The notes under the pieces are model-generated. The model had not been told where the DNA came from and made no database searches. It saw nothing but the letters and a program-made list of their open reading frames with translations. The translations under genes were made by a program, and so were the position numbers. Positions 10,460 through 21,352 of a DNA stretch of 64,000 nt are shown here, piece by piece. Source of the stretch: Histomonas meleagridis 2922-C6/04-290x (lineage: Eukaryota; Protista; Parabasalia); NCBI GenBank assembly GCA_020184695.1, contig JAANOX010000055.1, forward strand, positions 1 through 64,000, read 5' to 3'. Positions within the stretch are counted from its first letter, which is position 1. The number at the start of each line of letters is the position of its first letter.

Positions 10460-11431
10460 TTAGTTTGGGTTTAGAATTCTTTTGATCATTCTTTTTCTGA
10501 ATTCATCTTCTTGTTGTTTTGCATTAATCTTTGTTTCTTCTTTCAACTCAATTTCCCTATCCAAAAGTAAGTCTGGATTAACTCTTGAAGCAAACACAAG
10601 AGAGCTTTCATTTGTTGAATCCGAATTTTCCCATCTTTGTCTATCAGACATTATTGTTCTTGAAACTTCGGCCACTTTTTTATTTGGTTCTAAGCACAAT
10701 AAAGGATACTGTGCAAGGAGAAAAGATTGCTCACTTTCAAAACCACATTCTGCAATATCTTCTGGAGTTGGACGGAGATTTGTTCGAATCGAATTTGGTA
10801 TTTTTCGACGGTTATCAATCACTTCACATATTAACGAACCATCATACCAAGTAAGATTCAACTCACGTAGGCGCTTCAAAGTGCCAGGAATCAAGAGTCC
10901 GTGTGATATGTAAAATAAAAGCAAAGAACCTTCATCATCATTAATATTCCCAATAATATCAAATCCAGGTTCGGATGATGAAAATGTGAAATGATCTGTG
11001 TATATGGTGAAAAATAGAGATGGTGTAAATGTGGCGTATAGGTTAGATGGAGGATCGTCAAATGTGTTTGAGAATTTCCCAAATGAATTTTGCTGAAATG
11101 CTAATCTTCTTTGAGTCCTTTCACATATTTCGTTCCTCAGTTCAGAAAGTTCAGATGCGTTAGTTTTTTTCACAAAGTTATAAACGAGCTCATGATATTT
11201 ATGAATAAGTTGATTTCCACTAAAATTTTCTAGATTGTCTGTGTCAAGAAATATTGGTTTGTGGTCTGTGCTAAAATTTTGTTGTGTTTGAGTTACCATA
11301 TTTGTAAAATTTACTGATGTTTGATCTTCTGGAAATTCTTCAATTTGATGATCTGAAAGATTAGAATCACCTTGAGTTATTTCTACTATTGGCTGACTGG
11401 TTTGGCTTTTATTTAACTGTTCTTCCTCCAT
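10460..11431 (-). CDS. Spt20-like protein (SAGA complex)
   Basis: WYDGSLICEVIDNR...NLRPTPE...ESEQSFLLAQYPLLCLEPNKKV matches the Spt20 SEP-like domain pattern (GCVIAEIRDYR...LLRPT...ESQLILATAEPLCLDPS). Confidence 0.7.
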   Translation of the reverse strand: MEEEQLNKSQTSQPIVEITQGDSNLSDHQIEEFPEDQTSVNFTNMVTQTQQNFSTDHKPIFLDTDNLENFSGNQLIHKYHELVYNFVKKTNASELSELRNEICERTQRRLAFQQNSFGKFSNTFDDPPSNLYATFTPSLFFTIYTDHFTFSSSEPGFDIIGNINDDEGSLLLFYISHGLLIPGTLKRLRELNLTWYDGSLICEVIDNRRKIPNSIRTNLRPTPEDIAECGFESEQSFLLAQYPLLCLEPNKKVAEVSRTIMSDRQRWENSDSTNESSLVFASRVNPDLLLDREIELKEETKINAKQQEDEFRKRMIKRILNPN

Positions 11432-11489
11432 GATTCTGTGTTCTAATCTTTGGGCGATAATTAAACGTGCGATTGAAATCAGACGTTAA

Positions 11490-12431
11490 ATGAAGACGTT
11501 TATTAAAGCAGAAATGAAAACTCAATCACCAAGAAACAGAAGTAAAACAACATCAGGCAAATATTCTATATACAAGCGTTCACCTAGTACTCATAATTCT
11601 TTTAATAAAATTCAGTCATTTAAAGAAATTCCTATTATAAAAAATGAAACATTAAAAATTTCTTCACCAACAATTAAATCTTTCACTGATGCTGTACTCC
11701 AACCTTTTGTTCATAGCATTGAAATAGATTCACCATTTCTTTCACGAAATCCTTATTTCAAAGAAATGTGTTTAATTGTTTTTGGTGAGCAAATTGAAAA
11801 AATTAATGGAGAAAAAGTTCTTCCTAAAGTCAAAGAATATGCGAGTTTTACATCAAAAGTTATACGTCCTTATCTGGTCAAAGGATACATTTTGACATCA
11901 CTAAATCCCATTCATGTTATCCACCATAAAACTCGCCAACAAGTCAACGTTAAATATCCTACAAAGCAAGTGATGCATAATTCAACTATTCATAAAAAAC
12001 AAAAGGATGAAGAAAAGAGCATATTAGATGAAAAAACTATAGAAAATATTTTCCAACGTATGATAAATTTATCTAAAGAATTAAATCATCCTAAACCAAT
12101 TGACAATGGTGAAAAGAGAGACAGCTATTTCAATGGCTTGGAAATGATTTTTGCAACTAGACAACAGACCCTTGATTACAAATTACGGCAATTTAAACAT
12201 CGAAATTCCCAAAGCCCAACAGTTTCATCAAAGAAGCCAATCAAGCAAAAGGAAAATGAAACAAAAGAAAATAAAGAAGAAGTGTCTAATATTGATGGTA
12301 ATCAGCCAACTGAAACAGTAACACAGAGCAATAATATTGATAAAGAAGAAGAAGTAATTCCAAGTCATAAAACTCTGAACCGTTTTATGATGAGAAAAAA
12401 TCCAAAACATTCACCACAGCAAACAAAATAA
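11490..12431 (+). CDS. hypothetical basic protein, 313 aa
   Basis: ATG ORF, head-to-head with the Spt20-like gene across 58 bp. Confidence 0.6.
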   Translation: MKTFIKAEMKTQSPRNRSKTTSGKYSIYKRSPSTHNSFNKIQSFKEIPIIKNETLKISSPTIKSFTDAVLQPFVHSIEIDSPFLSRNPYFKEMCLIVFGEQIEKINGEKVLPKVKEYASFTSKVIRPYLVKGYILTSLNPIHVIHHKTRQQVNVKYPTKQVMHNSTIHKKQKDEEKSILDEKTIENIFQRMINLSKELNHPKPIDNGEKRDSYFNGLEMIFATRQQTLDYKLRQFKHRNSQSPTVSSKKPIKQKENETKENKEEVSNIDGNQPTETVTQSNNIDKEEEVIPSHKTLNRFMMRKNPKHSPQQTK

Positions 12432-12728
12432 TATATAACAGTGATCTCGCAGAAAAAAGCTTTCTTCATAAGTTTTCGTTCTCTTCTAACATACGAAAAT
12501 GCGCAAATGAATGAAAACACTTTCATTCAAAGAATTATATTTATATTAATTTAATATTTGTGACTCAAAATGAACGTTCATTAAGAAATACGGAAAATTA
12601 TAATAAAAATTTATTTGTTAATTTTGTTTTTTACTAGGTTAATAAAAATATGATCGAGAATCTATGGGCCACTTTTTTCGTACGTTAAATCACCTCACCT
12701 TAGGTGCACTTTTAACGACTGCTTTCAC

Positions 12729-13355
12729 ATGAAGTCATTTAGTTCTTCATCTTCTGATGATGACGATTTTCAAGCCACAGAATCAGATGAGTACAGCGAT
12801 GACTTAATTCCAGAAGATGAAATTGTTAAGGAAGAAATATCATATGCAAAAGATCTTTTGGAAAATAAAGAAAATTTTTCTGATAGCTCAGATAGTGACA
12901 GTGACTTTAATCCAGACGCGGTAGAGAAAAACGAAAAAGCATACAGTGATGAATATTCCGGTGATGACAATATCAAATCTGAAAAAAATATAAAGAAAGA
13001 ATCTTCGAGCGATGATAGTAGTTTTAAAGAAGAGTCAGATGATATGCAATATAGTGAAGATGATTCGGAATTTCTTCACGAAGATCAAAAATTGCTTCAA
13101 AAAGAGGAACAAACTAAAGAACTTCAAATCAAACAGAGAGAAGAAATAGTGTCGTTACTTCGAGAGCTTATATCTATAATTCAACCAATTAATAGTGTTA
13201 ATGAAGCACTTTGTAATACACCTTTAGATGAAGAGACAGCCAAATCAATAACTCATATTTCTACAAAGCTTCTCTTTTATGGGAAGTATGATATTTATTC
13301 TTGCGGAATTGCTGAACTTCAATCTGAGCTTGAGAATCTTGAAAATTCTCCATAG
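12729..13355 (+). CDS. acidic protein, CD2BP2/Lin1 (U5-52K)-like central helical domain
   Basis: D/E/S-rich N-terminus, then LISIIQPINSVNEAL...ITHISTKLLFYGKYDIYS resembling Lin1/CD2BP2 (LQPGETVLEAL...L...G..DIY). Confidence 0.45.
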   Translation: MKSFSSSSSDDDDFQATESDEYSDDLIPEDEIVKEEISYAKDLLENKENFSDSSDSDSDFNPDAVEKNEKAYSDEYSGDDNIKSEKNIKKESSSDDSSFKEESDDMQYSEDDSEFLHEDQKLLQKEEQTKELQIKQREEIVSLLRELISIIQPINSVNEALCNTPLDEETAKSITHISTKLLFYGKYDIYSCGIAELQSELENLENSP

Positions 13356-13677
13356 ATTTTTTATCAATTTTATGAATAAATTTTATTGAATGAAATAATT
13401 TTAATAAACTTTATGTGACTAATTTTACAAAGAGATGGAAATAACATATTAATATTCCCAATATTGGGAATTGCAAAATAAGCAAAATCAGTAAATTAAA
13501 CATAAAGCAATCAAAGTATTATTTCATTTGATAATAGGTCTATTATAAGTTTCATAAATTATATGATACAAATCCAATACAACATAAACAAAATTAATTT
13601 TTTATCTGTATCGACATGACTTTTTGAATATAAATTCTATGTAAAACGATCAATATTATGACGGAATAGAAAAATTT

Positions 13678-14646
13678 TTATTCTGTTTTTTCGTGTTTTT
13701 TCTGTTGTTGTTGCTCAACTTGAGCCTGTGCCATCTCCCTTACTTGATTTAACATTCCTTTTCTCTTTCCTTCTGCTTTGGCCTTTGCAAGTTGTTCGTA
13801 TCTCTTCTGCCTCTCTTTTGCAATTTCTATCAATTTATCACGTCTTTGCTTGTTTTTCTCCACTATCTGTTCAGAGAACTGTTTGTTTATGTACAAATTT
13901 GTGATTTTGAGAGCAAATGTAAGAAGTTCAATTACAAGATTTGGATCAATAATAGAACTTTGAATTTCATACTGAGAATAAGATACAAATCTGATCTTTT
14001 GCTTAGTTTGAAACCTATTCATATCGCTCATCTCGAAGTAATTTAGAACATCTGGTTTTTCATTGACGAATTCTTTGAAAGCAGAATTAATATCTGATAT
14101 TTCTTTGGAAACATCAGAGTAAGAAATATATCCATTAAGGATTTCTTTATCGATGAGGCGAAAATCGTTGAGGAAAAATGGACGTTCTTTGGAAATGTGA
14201 ATCATGGATGAAGATTTGTAACGTGGTAGAACTGCAAATTCAAGTGTAAGTATTGCATTTCGTTTGGAAAATAATAAATGAAATGGATCACAGCGAGGAG
14301 AAAATCTAACACCAATTATAATTTCAAAAATACCATTCTTTCCAACAGGAATTGAGAATTCATATTCATGCATTCCATATTTCCTTGGAGGAGAAAGATC
14401 TTTTTCAAAATTCTTTTGAGCAAATTCTTGAAGAGTCTTTTGCAGTGAAAAAATTTGTTGGTGTATTCCTTGTTCGCCAAACTTTATTGCAAGAATAATT
14501 ATAATAAAAATTGATAAAATAAGGAATAATTGAATTCTAAAAGACCTATTTGAAGAATCTGTATTTTGTTCTGTGGTGTTGTTCACATTTACTTGTTGCG
14601 TTTCATTTTCGTTTGATAACGCAAACGCAAAAAGAATAAATATCAT
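13678..14646 (-). CDS. CCDC47 (DUF1682)-like ER membrane protein
   Basis: Signal peptide, single TM, GKNGIFEIIIGVRFSPRCDPFHLL similar to CCDC47 GR..CEGMLIQLRFLKRQDLL, and a basic coiled-coil C-terminus. First ATG at 14646. Confidence 0.6.
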   Translation of the reverse strand: MIFILFAFALSNENETQQVNVNNTTEQNTDSSNRSFRIQLFLILSIFIIIILAIKFGEQGIHQQIFSLQKTLQEFAQKNFEKDLSPPRKYGMHEYEFSIPVGKNGIFEIIIGVRFSPRCDPFHLLFSKRNAILTLEFAVLPRYKSSSMIHISKERPFFLNDFRLIDKEILNGYISYSDVSKEISDINSAFKEFVNEKPDVLNYFEMSDMNRFQTKQKIRFVSYSQYEIQSSIIDPNLVIELLTFALKITNLYINKQFSEQIVEKNKQRRDKLIEIAKERQKRYEQLAKAKAEGKRKGMLNQVREMAQAQVEQQQQKKHEKTE

Positions 14647-14904
14647 TGGTATAATAAGCGATACACATAAACATATCAAATTTTGGTTAGTTTACAAAAT
14701 CCTACTCCATGGAAATTTGCTCTATGGCATGGAATTGTAATTACATAATATTTCGTCTTTTCTTTATTACATTGTGCTGCAAAGAAGATATGCTTTATTC
14801 TATTCCAATATAAAAATTTCATTTATATAATTATTAATAATTATTTACAAAAAAGTTTTACTGAATAAAAATTATTTACTAACAAAAAATTACATAACTC
14901 ATTT

Positions 14905-15582
14905 TTAAGTGATTTTTTTGTGTGGAAATTTTTCATTTTGTTTATTTTTTGTATCCCATACTTTCTTCGATTTCTTTGGGTTTTCCTTTTCATTACCTTT
15001 TGATTTATTATCTGTAAAACGTTCTTTTTTAGGCATTGGTTTCTGCTCTCTTTTTTCTGGTTCCTTTAAAACATTTTGGAATTGAATATTATAAGGATCA
15101 TCAGGTTCGAAAAAAATATCTACTTTAAATGAAAAGCCTCCAGTACAATTTTGAGGCCTTGATAGTAAAACTTGTCTTTGATACATTTCTCGAAATTGCC
15201 CAAAATTTATTAACTGATCAGAATAATAAAATCCTGTGCAAAAATCAAGTGAAGTTGTGTTTTTGTCAGGGACGTCAAATGTAAACCCATGGAAATTAGT
15301 TAAAATTCTTGTCATTTCGTCAATTTGAATTTCTTCAGAAGATGTTTCTGATTCATCTGACTGAAAAGCCATAATGTGTTGTATGGGCTTTTTAAAAAAA
15401 GACGAATAAATAGGATAACGTAGTGAAAAAGAAGGATCATCTATAGATAGTTTTGGCTTTCTTCTTGCATACCGAATCACACTTTCATTAGTGCGCTTCT
15501 TAGGTTTGTTAGCAGGTTCACTTATATTGCTTTCCTTTTTCCAAAATCGATTTCTTTGGAGAGCTATTGAACTATTTCTCAT
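14905..15582 (-). CDS. hypothetical protein, 225 aa
   Basis: ATG ORF with Lys-rich termini. Confidence 0.6.
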   Translation of the reverse strand: MRNSSIALQRNRFWKKESNISEPANKPKKRTNESVIRYARRKPKLSIDDPSFSLRYPIYSSFFKKPIQHIMAFQSDESETSSEEIQIDEMTRILTNFHGFTFDVPDKNTTSLDFCTGFYYSDQLINFGQFREMYQRQVLLSRPQNCTGGFSFKVDIFFEPDDPYNIQFQNVLKEPEKREQKPMPKKERFTDNKSKGNEKENPKKSKKVWDTKNKQNEKFPHKKIT

Positions 15583-15935
15583 ATTTCCATAATAATGTCA
15601 TAAATAAAGTATTTAATTTTTTTTGACATGATAAAAGTTCACAAATATTTCACATATATTTTTTAACCAAAGCAACACAGGAAAATCTATCATTCGATGA
15701 CTAGGAAAATATTGAACATATGTTAAAAAGAAGCAAAGGCACAATAATTTTACCTTCAACCAAATAAAACATCATTTTTATATTTGAACAAAAAATTATC
15801 AATTTATGTACATTAAAAAATCAAGTAATGTTTTTTATTAGATTTCATTGTACTCCGAAGGCGTAAAGAAGTACGCATTGTGGTTCATTTTAATTACATA
15901 TACAAAGAAGGCAATTATGAAAATTATAGAAAGCA

Positions 15936-15955
15936 CTTAGTCATGCATGACTAAG
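15936..15955. repeat. perfect 20-bp palindrome
   Basis: CTTAGTCATGCATGACTAAG equals its own reverse complement and contains the stop codon of the 15937-16482 ORF. Confidence 0.95.
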
Positions 15956-16482
15956 AAAGCGATATTCATAGAGTATGGCAAAATGTCTTGAACGAAACTT
16001 CGTAATATATCTAAGATAGAAGATGACCCATATTTTTCAATAAAGAACTTGCTTACCTTTTCAGCAAACACTGGATCTTCTGTGAGGTATGCTGACCATT
16101 CTAACATTGCATCTCTTGCGAATAAGCTACCCATAATTTCAATACCAGAATTCCAATGTCTAGTCTGTGCAACGCCTACTATGTTGACGAGCAAGCAAAG
16201 AGCTTCGATGCCTATGAAGATAAAGTTTAGAATCTTAATATTACGAGAAAACCTATAAAGCAAGTAACAAGTAACTCCTAGAATCAAACAACCGGCGGCA
16301 AATATAGCGCAAAAACATGCTGTGGCAGTAAGAAGTGAACATTTTCCTCCTGCTGGTGCAAAGTATTCAACAGTATAATAGCACCACACAATAGAACCAA
16401 TCAAATACCCAACGGTATGGACAATGAAAAGCACAGCAGTGATGATGCACAATATGGTTGATATTTTTTTCTCGTCAGCCAT
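15937..16482 (-). CDS. tetraspanin-like membrane protein, apparently truncated within TM4
   Basis: Three TM helices plus the start of a fourth; ATG 16482 with upstream Inr TCACT. The frame continues past the TAA as a hydrophobic helix ending YNEI* at 15838. Confidence 0.65.
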   Translation of the reverse strand: MADEKKISTILCIITAVLFIVHTVGYLIGSIVWCYYTVEYFAPAGGKCSLLTATACFCAIFAAGCLILGVTCYLLYRFSRNIKILNFIFIGIEALCLLVNIVGVAQTRHWNSGIEIMGSLFARDAMLEWSAYLTEDPVFAEKVSKFFIEKYGSSSILDILRSFVQDILPYSMNIAFLVMHD

Positions 16483-17169
16483 GTGAAAAGTGACCATCAA
16501 TTGAATGGAAATTTTGTTGGTATCGGCATCAATTGAAATTTCTGCTTTACAACATCAGAATTTCAATATGTTTGTGAACCAACATCCAAAGGTTACTTTA
16601 TAGAACGTTTAACCAAGTTATTTAAATTGAATTAGAGCTCTACAAAAAAAAAATGGTTAAAAAGTGCCCAAAGTTAAGTGAAAATCCATTAATTTTTATG
16701 TTTTTCCCACTGAACATTCAATATTTATAAAAAATTTATAATTAAGTCATATCCTCTATTGTTGTTTTTACTATTTTCATCATTTTAATTTCAAAATAGG
16801 GATTAATCCCTATCCACACCTATTTCTTGGTAAAGTTAAACACAAAAAATAAACAAAATTCTCAAAGTTCAATAAAAATATCAACCAAAATTGCATTACT
16901 TGACTCTTTTCCTTCCATCACGATGTTTAGCCTTTGGGAAGCATCCGACAATTTTAAATCACATTTTGGAAATAAAAAATTCATAAGATCTTCTTGAAGA
17001 AGAGTTGGTCGACAATGTCCTAATAAAAATTTTAATATTATGATTTTATTCAAATGAATTAATTATTTTCTTTTTTTTTCAAGATCCTAGACGAATTCTG
17101 TTTTTGAATTTTTATTTGATCTTGAACTTTCTGCTTCAAATATATTGATTAAACTTTAAAAATTATTTT

Positions 17170-17530
17170 AAAACATAAAGCCATATAAATCAATTTAATA
17201 TTTTTCTCATTGACATCAATTCCTTCTTGTTCAAGAAGTAATATTACAATTTGAATATTATTTTTAGCAAATGCAATTCTGAGCGCTGTATTAAAAATTT
17301 TTTTGATACATCAAATTATCAAAATAGATTTTAAAATCAACAACAAAAAAACACTTTGAGCATTAATGTCAATATCTTGATGCTCAAGAAGTAATTTAAC
17401 TATTTCTGTTTAGCCACTTAAAGATGCAAATATAAGTGCTGTTTTAAATAATTTAAAAAATTTCCAAATATTTTTTTTAAATAATAAATTATTAAAATAA
17501 ATAATAAACAAAGGGATAATTTAAAAATGA
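17170..17530 (-). pseudogene. ankyrin-repeat gene remnant with AT-rich spacers between repeats
   Basis: TALIFASLSG*TEIVKLLLEHQDIDINAQS, then a 63-nt spacer, then TALRIAFAKNNIQIVILLLEQEGIDVNEKN; in-frame stops. Boundaries approximate. Confidence 0.7.
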
Positions 17531-18241
17531 TTTGCTGAAGTTTGGTCAATAATTCCATTTCTGTGTGTTTAGAATTGATAATTGATTTGTTGTTTGGGGA
17601 GTTATTTATTGACATTCCTTCGCAAATAGTAAAATAAAAAATTGACAGCTTTTCAACATTCATTAATAATTTGAGCAATTTAATGATATGACATTAAAAA
17701 AAAAGTGGATCTAATTTATCATTCGGTAAGTTTGCAGAATCTGTGTTGAAGAAAATCAAATCATTGAATTTGTAAGAAGAGAAGCTTTATAAATATAATA
17801 AAAAACATAACATATACCCCAATATAATTATATATGTGAATTAAATGTAATTAGATGCTCGGTCGGGTTTTTTTTATTTCCAATTATTTTGAGATATTAC
17901 AATATATATAAATATTTATATTGTAAATGCTTATTTTAGTATATAAATTAATTTTTGAAAAAGGTATTCCTGCTCTATTTTTGTAGAAAAATCACTTTCT
18001 TTAAATCGATTTTACATAAAGTATTGAAACAAAAACACTTTTTCAATATAATTTTTAACGGTTCACTCATTTGTGAACCTATTTCCTTGGGCGCAAAACA
18101 GAAGAACAAAAGTTTTATACAATTTAGTTTCATTATGCATTTATACTAATTATCGAAATCTTTTTTATGGCGAACAACTTCAAAAATAAAATTTCATAGA
18201 AATATTTTTTATTTAATCTTATCAACATGTTGAGTTCCAGT

Positions 18242-21200
18242 TCATTCACGAATTGATACATTCAAGCGCAATGTGAAAATTCTTAGTGTTGTCAAATAGG
18301 ACATAAAATCCGAATCTGTACACGCCAACAAATTCTCGTTCATGAATGGCTGTATATAAGCGTCGAATTGGTTATGCAAAGTTTGAGGTATTCGTAATAT
18401 CATTTGTTCTCTAATTGACAACATAATTTGGGGGTTAAATTGTATGAACACTCTAAATGTCATACTTGTCTTATATATATCGAAATCTTTTGTGCTATTA
18501 TTCATCAATTGATCCCATAACTCTACGATTATCATATTAATAATGTTTTGATTTCGATTTATTGTTTCCATTACTTGTTCATTATCTTTTGCCTTAATCA
18601 AAGCCATTCCAATGAAGTTTGAAGTTTCGATTGCGTTTTTAGATAATTCGCTATTGATATTACTAATGTTTTTATATATGATAGAGAACAAAAAATCGAA
18701 AAATGGTGCAGAAATAGTAATGCATGTTAACAAATGATATTTTGTTATCGCATTTAATGATTGTAACATTGCTTTAGTCAGTTTTGATAATGTAAATAGA
18801 TAATCCATATCAATAGTTTTGATTAAATTAATAAATGATCCTAATAAGTTATTAAGTGATGGATCATTATATAATTGAAATGCTCCAAACATTATTTGAT
18901 CATTGGACATAATTTGAGCAAACATTAACATCCCATATTTAATTGGTTTCATTTTGATTTGATATATTTGTTCTTGCGTTAAGTTATCGTTTGGGATTTG
19001 TGTTATATGATTAAATAATGGTTCTAATATAGATGCAACAAGTTTAAATAAGATAATTCCATTCGGTGAATGCGGTGGAATTTTAATTTTCCGTTGTTGA
19101 TTATTATTATCTTGATAAATTAATAAATACCAAAACTTTAAATATATATTTAATGTGATTGGGAAATTAAACAAATTGTTTATAAGTGGTACAAACGCTG
19201 GAAGTTTTGCTGGGAATAACCAATTAAAGATAAATTCACAATTACTTTCATTACTTAATAATGCTCCAATTAATTCATATAAAAATATAGTTAACGTTTC
19301 AATGTTAATCTCATTACTTAATGTTGATAGACGTAATTCTAATCCTTCAATATACTTCGGTAAAAGTTCTTTACGTGCTGTAACGATATTAGTGATAATA
19401 CTCATGAATTGTATAGTCTCATGTTTATTAGAATTTGAATAAATAAATGGTAATTTCTCTTGCATTGATAATATGACAATTGTTTCGGCCGATTTCGAGA
19501 TTTGTATGGGTGGAATGCCGCCAAGTGATTTGATATTGGATTCAATTAATAATGTAATAATTGAATTTAAACATTTAACTGCAATACGAATATTATGTGA
19601 ATCGATTTTTAATGATAAATAAATTCGTTCTAAGATTTTATCATATAGTTGAATGGATGTCGTGAAATCTAAATCATAATTTTCATATTGTATATCAAAA
19701 TTACGAAATATCGAATACTTAAAATGTTGAATAAAGATTAATATGGCAGTCTCAGTACAATAGATTTCATTTTGTACGATAAGTGGTAATTGTTTCCCTG
19801 TTTGATCCATTATCATTAAAAGTAATTTCAAAAAATTAATTTCAAATTCTTGTGGAATCTCATAATTTGATTTGGTTAATATCCATGACTTTAAGCTTGA
19901 GGTCATTAATATGATTAATAATGCTAATTTAATATCTGAGGTTTGAATGTTTGGGTTTTGTGGATTAAGAAATTCTTGAAATGTTTGATACGTAGCATCT
20001 AATAATGGTTGAGCTAAGGATTGGAAATCAGTTTTAAGTAAATGTGGAACTATAGACGCTGAATCACAAATATAATTATCATCAAGATGTAATATTTCAT
20101 ATATTTCATTCGGATTCGTATCGGCGGCGGTTATAAGTGATGTGATGTAAAGTTGATAAAGTGGCGAAACCGATGGCAAAAGTTGAATCTTATTTAATCG
20201 TGCTATACAATTGATCCAAAACTTCATTATATAAACAATTGATTGATTCTCAGTAATTACTGCACCTGACTTAAGTTTATACTCGGTAAGGTTAGAACAA
20301 CTTGCAAGAAAAATTTGGAAGTTTTGAATGTTCATATAAATTTCACCATCCATCCAAAGTATCATCTTATATAACACAAGAGAAAACTTTAAAAATATGT
20401 CTTTGTTCTTAACAATATCAAGTTGTGACGCTTGAGTTAGAAGATACACAAGTGACGAAACAACATTGATCCTATCGTCCTTTGATGCAAAAAAGGAGCT
20501 CTTGACTGAACAAATATGATAAACAATATCAAGAGCTAAGGTGATACTGGGTGGCTGGACTCCAGGTGTTAATATGAACCGGAAGAAAAGTGGAAATAGT
20601 TCTTGATTGGAAATGATATTTCGAAAACATATGGCCAATTTACATTCTTCTTGATAAACACCATCATGCTCACCTTTAGGAGTGGTAGCTTCTTTCATGT
20701 CAAAATGAAGACAACTTAATGCTAATTTTAATGCATTATCCATATATGCTTGTGTGATATTCTCTGATGTTCGAATGATTTCAACAGCATGTGTAAAACA
20801 AATTAAAAGTGGTTCGGCTTGAATTTGACTTTTAATTTTGGATTTTGGATCTGGAAATTCTTGAAAAGCAATAATAGTTTCATTTAAAAAACAAATTCCA
20901 AAAATGGCGTTGATAGTATTGTTAGGAGGTATTGCTTCAAGGACTTGTTGTGGAAAGTTTTGAATAATTGGACAAGTATTCCATCCATGGAAAACAATTG
21001 TTGCATATGATGTTCCAAGTGCCTTAATGAAAAGTGATTGAAAATTTGATGGGAGTGAAGCAAACTGTTCTACATGATTTTGACAATAATTTAATATCCA
21101 TTTTGCAAAGTCGAGCATTTGATTCATTTCCATATTTGGAACGCATCTCTTCATGAACCCAGAAAATTTTGTAGATGCAAAATATAGCATATATGGATTA

Positions 21201-21352
21201 TTTGACATTTCAAGAATGGTTTGGCAATGAATTAAATACGATGGATCGTTATCAAAAGGAATAAGTACTTCGTCCATTGTGTTCGTGGGTTGGGTAATGT
21301 TTCTAACAACAATTTCTTCGAGTTGTGCTATTTGTTCAACGCTTAAGGACAT
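18242..21352 (-). CDS. XPO7: exportin-7 / RanBP16-like karyopherin
   Basis: Long HEAT-like helical protein; MFGAFQLYNDPSLNNLLGSFINLIKTI resembles XPO7 [27 protein letters not shown]; N-terminal NPYMLYFAS. First ATG at 21352. Confidence 0.7.
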   Translation of the reverse strand: MSLSVEQIAQLEEIVVRNITQPTNTMDEVLIPFDNDPSYLIHCQTILEMSNNPYMLYFASTKFSGFMKRCVPNMEMNQMLDFAKWILNYCQNHVEQFASLPSNFQSLFIKALGTSYATIVFHGWNTCPIIQNFPQQVLEAIPPNNTINAIFGICFLNETIIAFQEFPDPKSKIKSQIQAEPLLICFTHAVEIIRTSENITQAYMDNALKLALSCLHFDMKEATTPKGEHDGVYQEECKLAICFRNIISNQELFPLFFRFILTPGVQPPSITLALDIVYHICSVKSSFFASKDDRINVVSSLVYLLTQASQLDIVKNKDIFLKFSLVLYKMILWMDGEIYMNIQNFQIFLASCSNLTEYKLKSGAVITENQSIVYIMKFWINCIARLNKIQLLPSVSPLYQLYITSLITAADTNPNEIYEILHLDDNYICDSASIVPHLLKTDFQSLAQPLLDATYQTFQEFLNPQNPNIQTSDIKLALLIILMTSSLKSWILTKSNYEIPQEFEINFLKLLLMIMDQTGKQLPLIVQNEIYCTETAILIFIQHFKYSIFRNFDIQYENYDLDFTTSIQLYDKILERIYLSLKIDSHNIRIAVKCLNSIITLLIESNIKSLGGIPPIQISKSAETIVILSMQEKLPFIYSNSNKHETIQFMSIITNIVTARKELLPKYIEGLELRLSTLSNEINIETLTIFLYELIGALLSNESNCEFIFNWLFPAKLPAFVPLINNLFNFPITLNIYLKFWYLLIYQDNNNQQRKIKIPPHSPNGIILFKLVASILEPLFNHITQIPNDNLTQEQIYQIKMKPIKYGMLMFAQIMSNDQIMFGAFQLYNDPSLNNLLGSFINLIKTIDMDYLFTLSKLTKAMLQSLNAITKYHLLTCITISAPFFDFLFSIIYKNISNINSELSKNAIETSNFIGMALIKAKDNEQVMETINRNQNIINMIIVELWDQLMNNSTKDFDIYKTSMTFRVFIQFNPQIMLSIREQMILRIPQTLHNQFDAYIQPFMNENLLACTDSDFMSYLTTLRIFTLRLNVSIRE

